This document shows, piece by piece, positions 62,274 through 64,000 of a stretch of DNA of 64,000 bases. The position numbers were made by a program, and so were the translations under genes. The notes under the pieces were generated by a model, which had not been told where the DNA came from, searched no databases, and was given only the letters and a program-made list of their open reading frames with translations. Origin of the DNA: an uncultured archaeon (GTDB taxonomy: Archaea; Asgardarchaeota; Thorarchaeia; Thorarchaeales; Thorarchaeaceae). The stretch covers positions 48,113 through 112,112 of the forward strand of contig CAZSWP010000003.1 of the NCBI GenBank assembly GCA_964610875.1, in the 5' to 3' direction. Position 1 is the first letter of the stretch. Every line of letters begins with the position of its first letter.

Positions 62274-63029
62274 TTGAAAGAAATTGTACTAATGCCCAAA
62301 ATTTACGGTCAATACCGTAATAGACTATCCAATCAGATAGAGTCAGATATTCACGAAATGGTGCGAGAATTAGATGCCAGAATAATGCGCTTCTCTCTTG
62401 ACAATAGAGGTCATCCAAAACTCATTGTTGAAGGAAAGGACGAAGAATTTGTAATAAATGTATTACGAACTGAATTTGGTGAAGCACTAACATTTCATCA
62501 AGCACTTCCTAACACATCATATCATGGAAATTTAATTGATGTTGGAAAGGTAGGCTATGGTCTTTATATTGACATTGGAATTGTCGAACCTGAATTTTCA
62601 GATGCTTTAATCCCATTGCATAGACTTAGAGAACAACTCGATATGGAAGGCATGTCTACTCGAAAAATCGCAAAGAATCTAAATCTCGTTGATTATCTTC
62701 CAGTAGAAGTAACCATCATAGAAACAGACTCATCTGACTCAAAAATAGAGGCTGAATTTAGTGATGTTCTGCTACAGAGGCTTGAGAACTGGATCAATGA
62801 TGACCATGAACGACTTCTTGTGTTTGGCGCCAATCGAGAGATGATTGAAACTGCTTTAGGCATAACACATCATCTTGAAGACATTTATGAATTCGAACAA
62901 CTAGGGCATCTTGAGTTTGCACTGAGATGTAAAAGAAGTACACGTGCGTCAGGAATTCTTGCTGCTATAGGCCCAAAACTAAAGGGAGTTCCAATGCATC
63001 TCTTCATACCATCAGAAATAGAGAGATGA
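62274..63029 (+). CDS. DUF2110-like protein
   Basis: GKVGYGLYID and C-terminal GILAAIG. Usual tfe neighbour. Confidence 0.7.
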   Translation: MKEIVLMPKIYGQYRNRLSNQIESDIHEMVRELDARIMRFSLDNRGHPKLIVEGKDEEFVINVLRTEFGEALTFHQALPNTSYHGNLIDVGKVGYGLYIDIGIVEPEFSDALIPLHRLREQLDMEGMSTRKIAKNLNLVDYLPVEVTIIETDSSDSKIEAEFSDVLLQRLENWINDDHERLLVFGANREMIETALGITHHLEDIYEFEQLGHLEFALRCKRSTRASGILAAIGPKLKGVPMHLFIPSEIER

Positions 63030-63707
63030 ATGATGCCACGAATTGATGTTTGGCTTGTGGAACAGGGACTATTCAAATCAAGGCAGGCTGCAAAGAGAGC
63101 TATAAGGAATGGATACGTAAAAGTCAATGGGGTCATAGCAAAGCCGTCTACCAAAATTTCTGGAAACGAATCGGTTGAGGTTTCCGATGATGCTAAAGAT
63201 GTGCCACTTGGTTATACTAAACTAAGGCAGATAAATCATCATCTCCATAACAGACTTATCCAATCTGGAATGAGAGCACTAGATATTGGTAGTTCTGTAG
63301 GAGGTTTTCTCAAGTATCTACTAGAAAAAGATGTCATTGTAACAGGAATTGAAATTTCAGATGAATTCATACAAGAGTTAGAACATCTAGTAGAAGAATA
63401 TGACACACTCTCATTGATTATAGATGATGCATTTCTCCTCGAGCCCTCAGAACTGTTTGAAAAAGAAGACTTTGATTTACTTCTCATTGATGTAACAACA
63501 GATCCGGATGGCACAATCTCACTAGCAGAGAAATACTCCCTATTTGTGAAAAAAGGAGGGTACATGCTGCTGGCAATCAAATCACAAGAAGATGACCTCG
63601 AAAGAAAAACGATTGATCATGTACTCCAAGAATTAGGGTTCTCTGAATTACAAGTAATACAACTTGATGACTCAAAGAAGGAAATACACATAGTAGCTCT
63701 TCGCTAG
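63030..63707 (+). CDS. S4-domain/FtsJ-like RNA methyltransferase (TlyA-like)
   Basis: RIDVWLVEQGLFKSRQAA, LDIGSSVGGF. Confidence 0.8.
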   Translation: MMPRIDVWLVEQGLFKSRQAAKRAIRNGYVKVNGVIAKPSTKISGNESVEVSDDAKDVPLGYTKLRQINHHLHNRLIQSGMRALDIGSSVGGFLKYLLEKDVIVTGIEISDEFIQELEHLVEEYDTLSLIIDDAFLLEPSELFEKEDFDLLLIDVTTDPDGTISLAEKYSLFVKKGGYMLLAIKSQEDDLERKTIDHVLQELGFSELQVIQLDDSKKEIHIVALR

Positions 63708-63746
63708 TAAGCAACTCTTTTATTGGGATTAGACTAGCGATGGATA

Positions 63747-63856
63747 GGGCCGCTAGTCTAGCCCGGCTATGATGTCTCGTTTACACCGAGAATTCGCATG
63801 AGCATCATGCTCATCGACATCGAAGGTCGCTGGTTCAAATCCGGCGCGGCCCACCA
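63747..63856 (+). tRNA. tRNA-Val(TAC) with 32-nt non-canonical intron near 43-45 (about 63793-63824), CCA encoded
   Basis: GGGCCGCTAGTCTAG...TCTCG TT TAC AC CGAGA[hairpin insert]..GGTC GCTGG TTCAAAT CCGGC GCGGCCC A CCA. Confidence 0.87.
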
Positions 63857-63860
63857 CTTT

Positions 63861-63890
63861 TTCAACCTTGGACAAATAACAAAGGTTGAA
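63861..63890 (+). terminator. hairpin downstream of tRNA-Val
   Basis: TTCAACCTT...AAGGTTGAA stem after a T-run. Confidence 0.35.
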
Positions 63891-63922
63891 GAGTAAAAAC
63901 GCCCGAAAAAAGTCATGCAAAT

Positions 63923-64000
63923 GCGGGAGTAGCCAAGCCCGGTCAAAGGCGGTGGACTTAAGATCGGATGAATTACGGGGTCATTACGTATAGGACATCC
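63923..64000 (+). tRNA. tRNA-Leu(TAA), 5' part, apparently intron-containing (truncated by the window end)
   Basis: GCGGGAGTAGCCAAGCCCGGTCAAAGGCG GTGGA CT TAA GA TC, then a GGATG...CATCC hairpin instead of the expected CAC. Confidence 0.75.

Larger units (their letters stand above)
39615..63661. repeat. dispersed arrays of tandem 9-bp units, consensus TGTAWTACA
   Basis: Perfect units at 39624, 45744, 48934, 50406, 51402, 51886, 52613, 53701, 55765, 57085, 57193, 58883 and 59603, mostly with in-phase degenerate neighbours. Confidence 0.85.

Overview
Archaeal chromosomal DNA. The gene content points to an Asgard archaeon, probably Thorarchaeia-like (inferred from Rpo8, a tandem-roadblock + DENN-like + small GTPase operon, GINS23 and intron-rich tRNAs). 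Core genes include nurA, pyrG, hel308-mcm-gins-rfcSL-cdc6, korA, rpsJ, glmS, LKR/SDH, iorAB, hypF, acdA, atpD, nac-trm5-pan-mbf1-tfe and five intron-containing tRNAs. The strongest unexplained structure is at about 40-64 kb. First, a probable replication origin: inverted ORB boxes around an AT-rich spacer at 46.1-46.3 kb, bracketed by GAAC-N4-GTTC palindromes. Second, dispersed arrays of tandem 9-bp units (consensus TGTAWTACA), including 13 perfect copies found by eye, sit in most intergenic gaps and inside genes. They are densest around a translationally coupled AAA+ ATPase + ribbon-helix-helix operon (55.8-57.1 kb). Together these look like an undescribed, non-ParA chromosome partition/organisation system. 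Other points of interest are a roadblock/folliculin-like/GTPase module, a possible Ced/Ted-like DNA-transfer gene set, and a 397-bp antisense gene overlap. All calls come from motif recognition by eye; no database searches were run.
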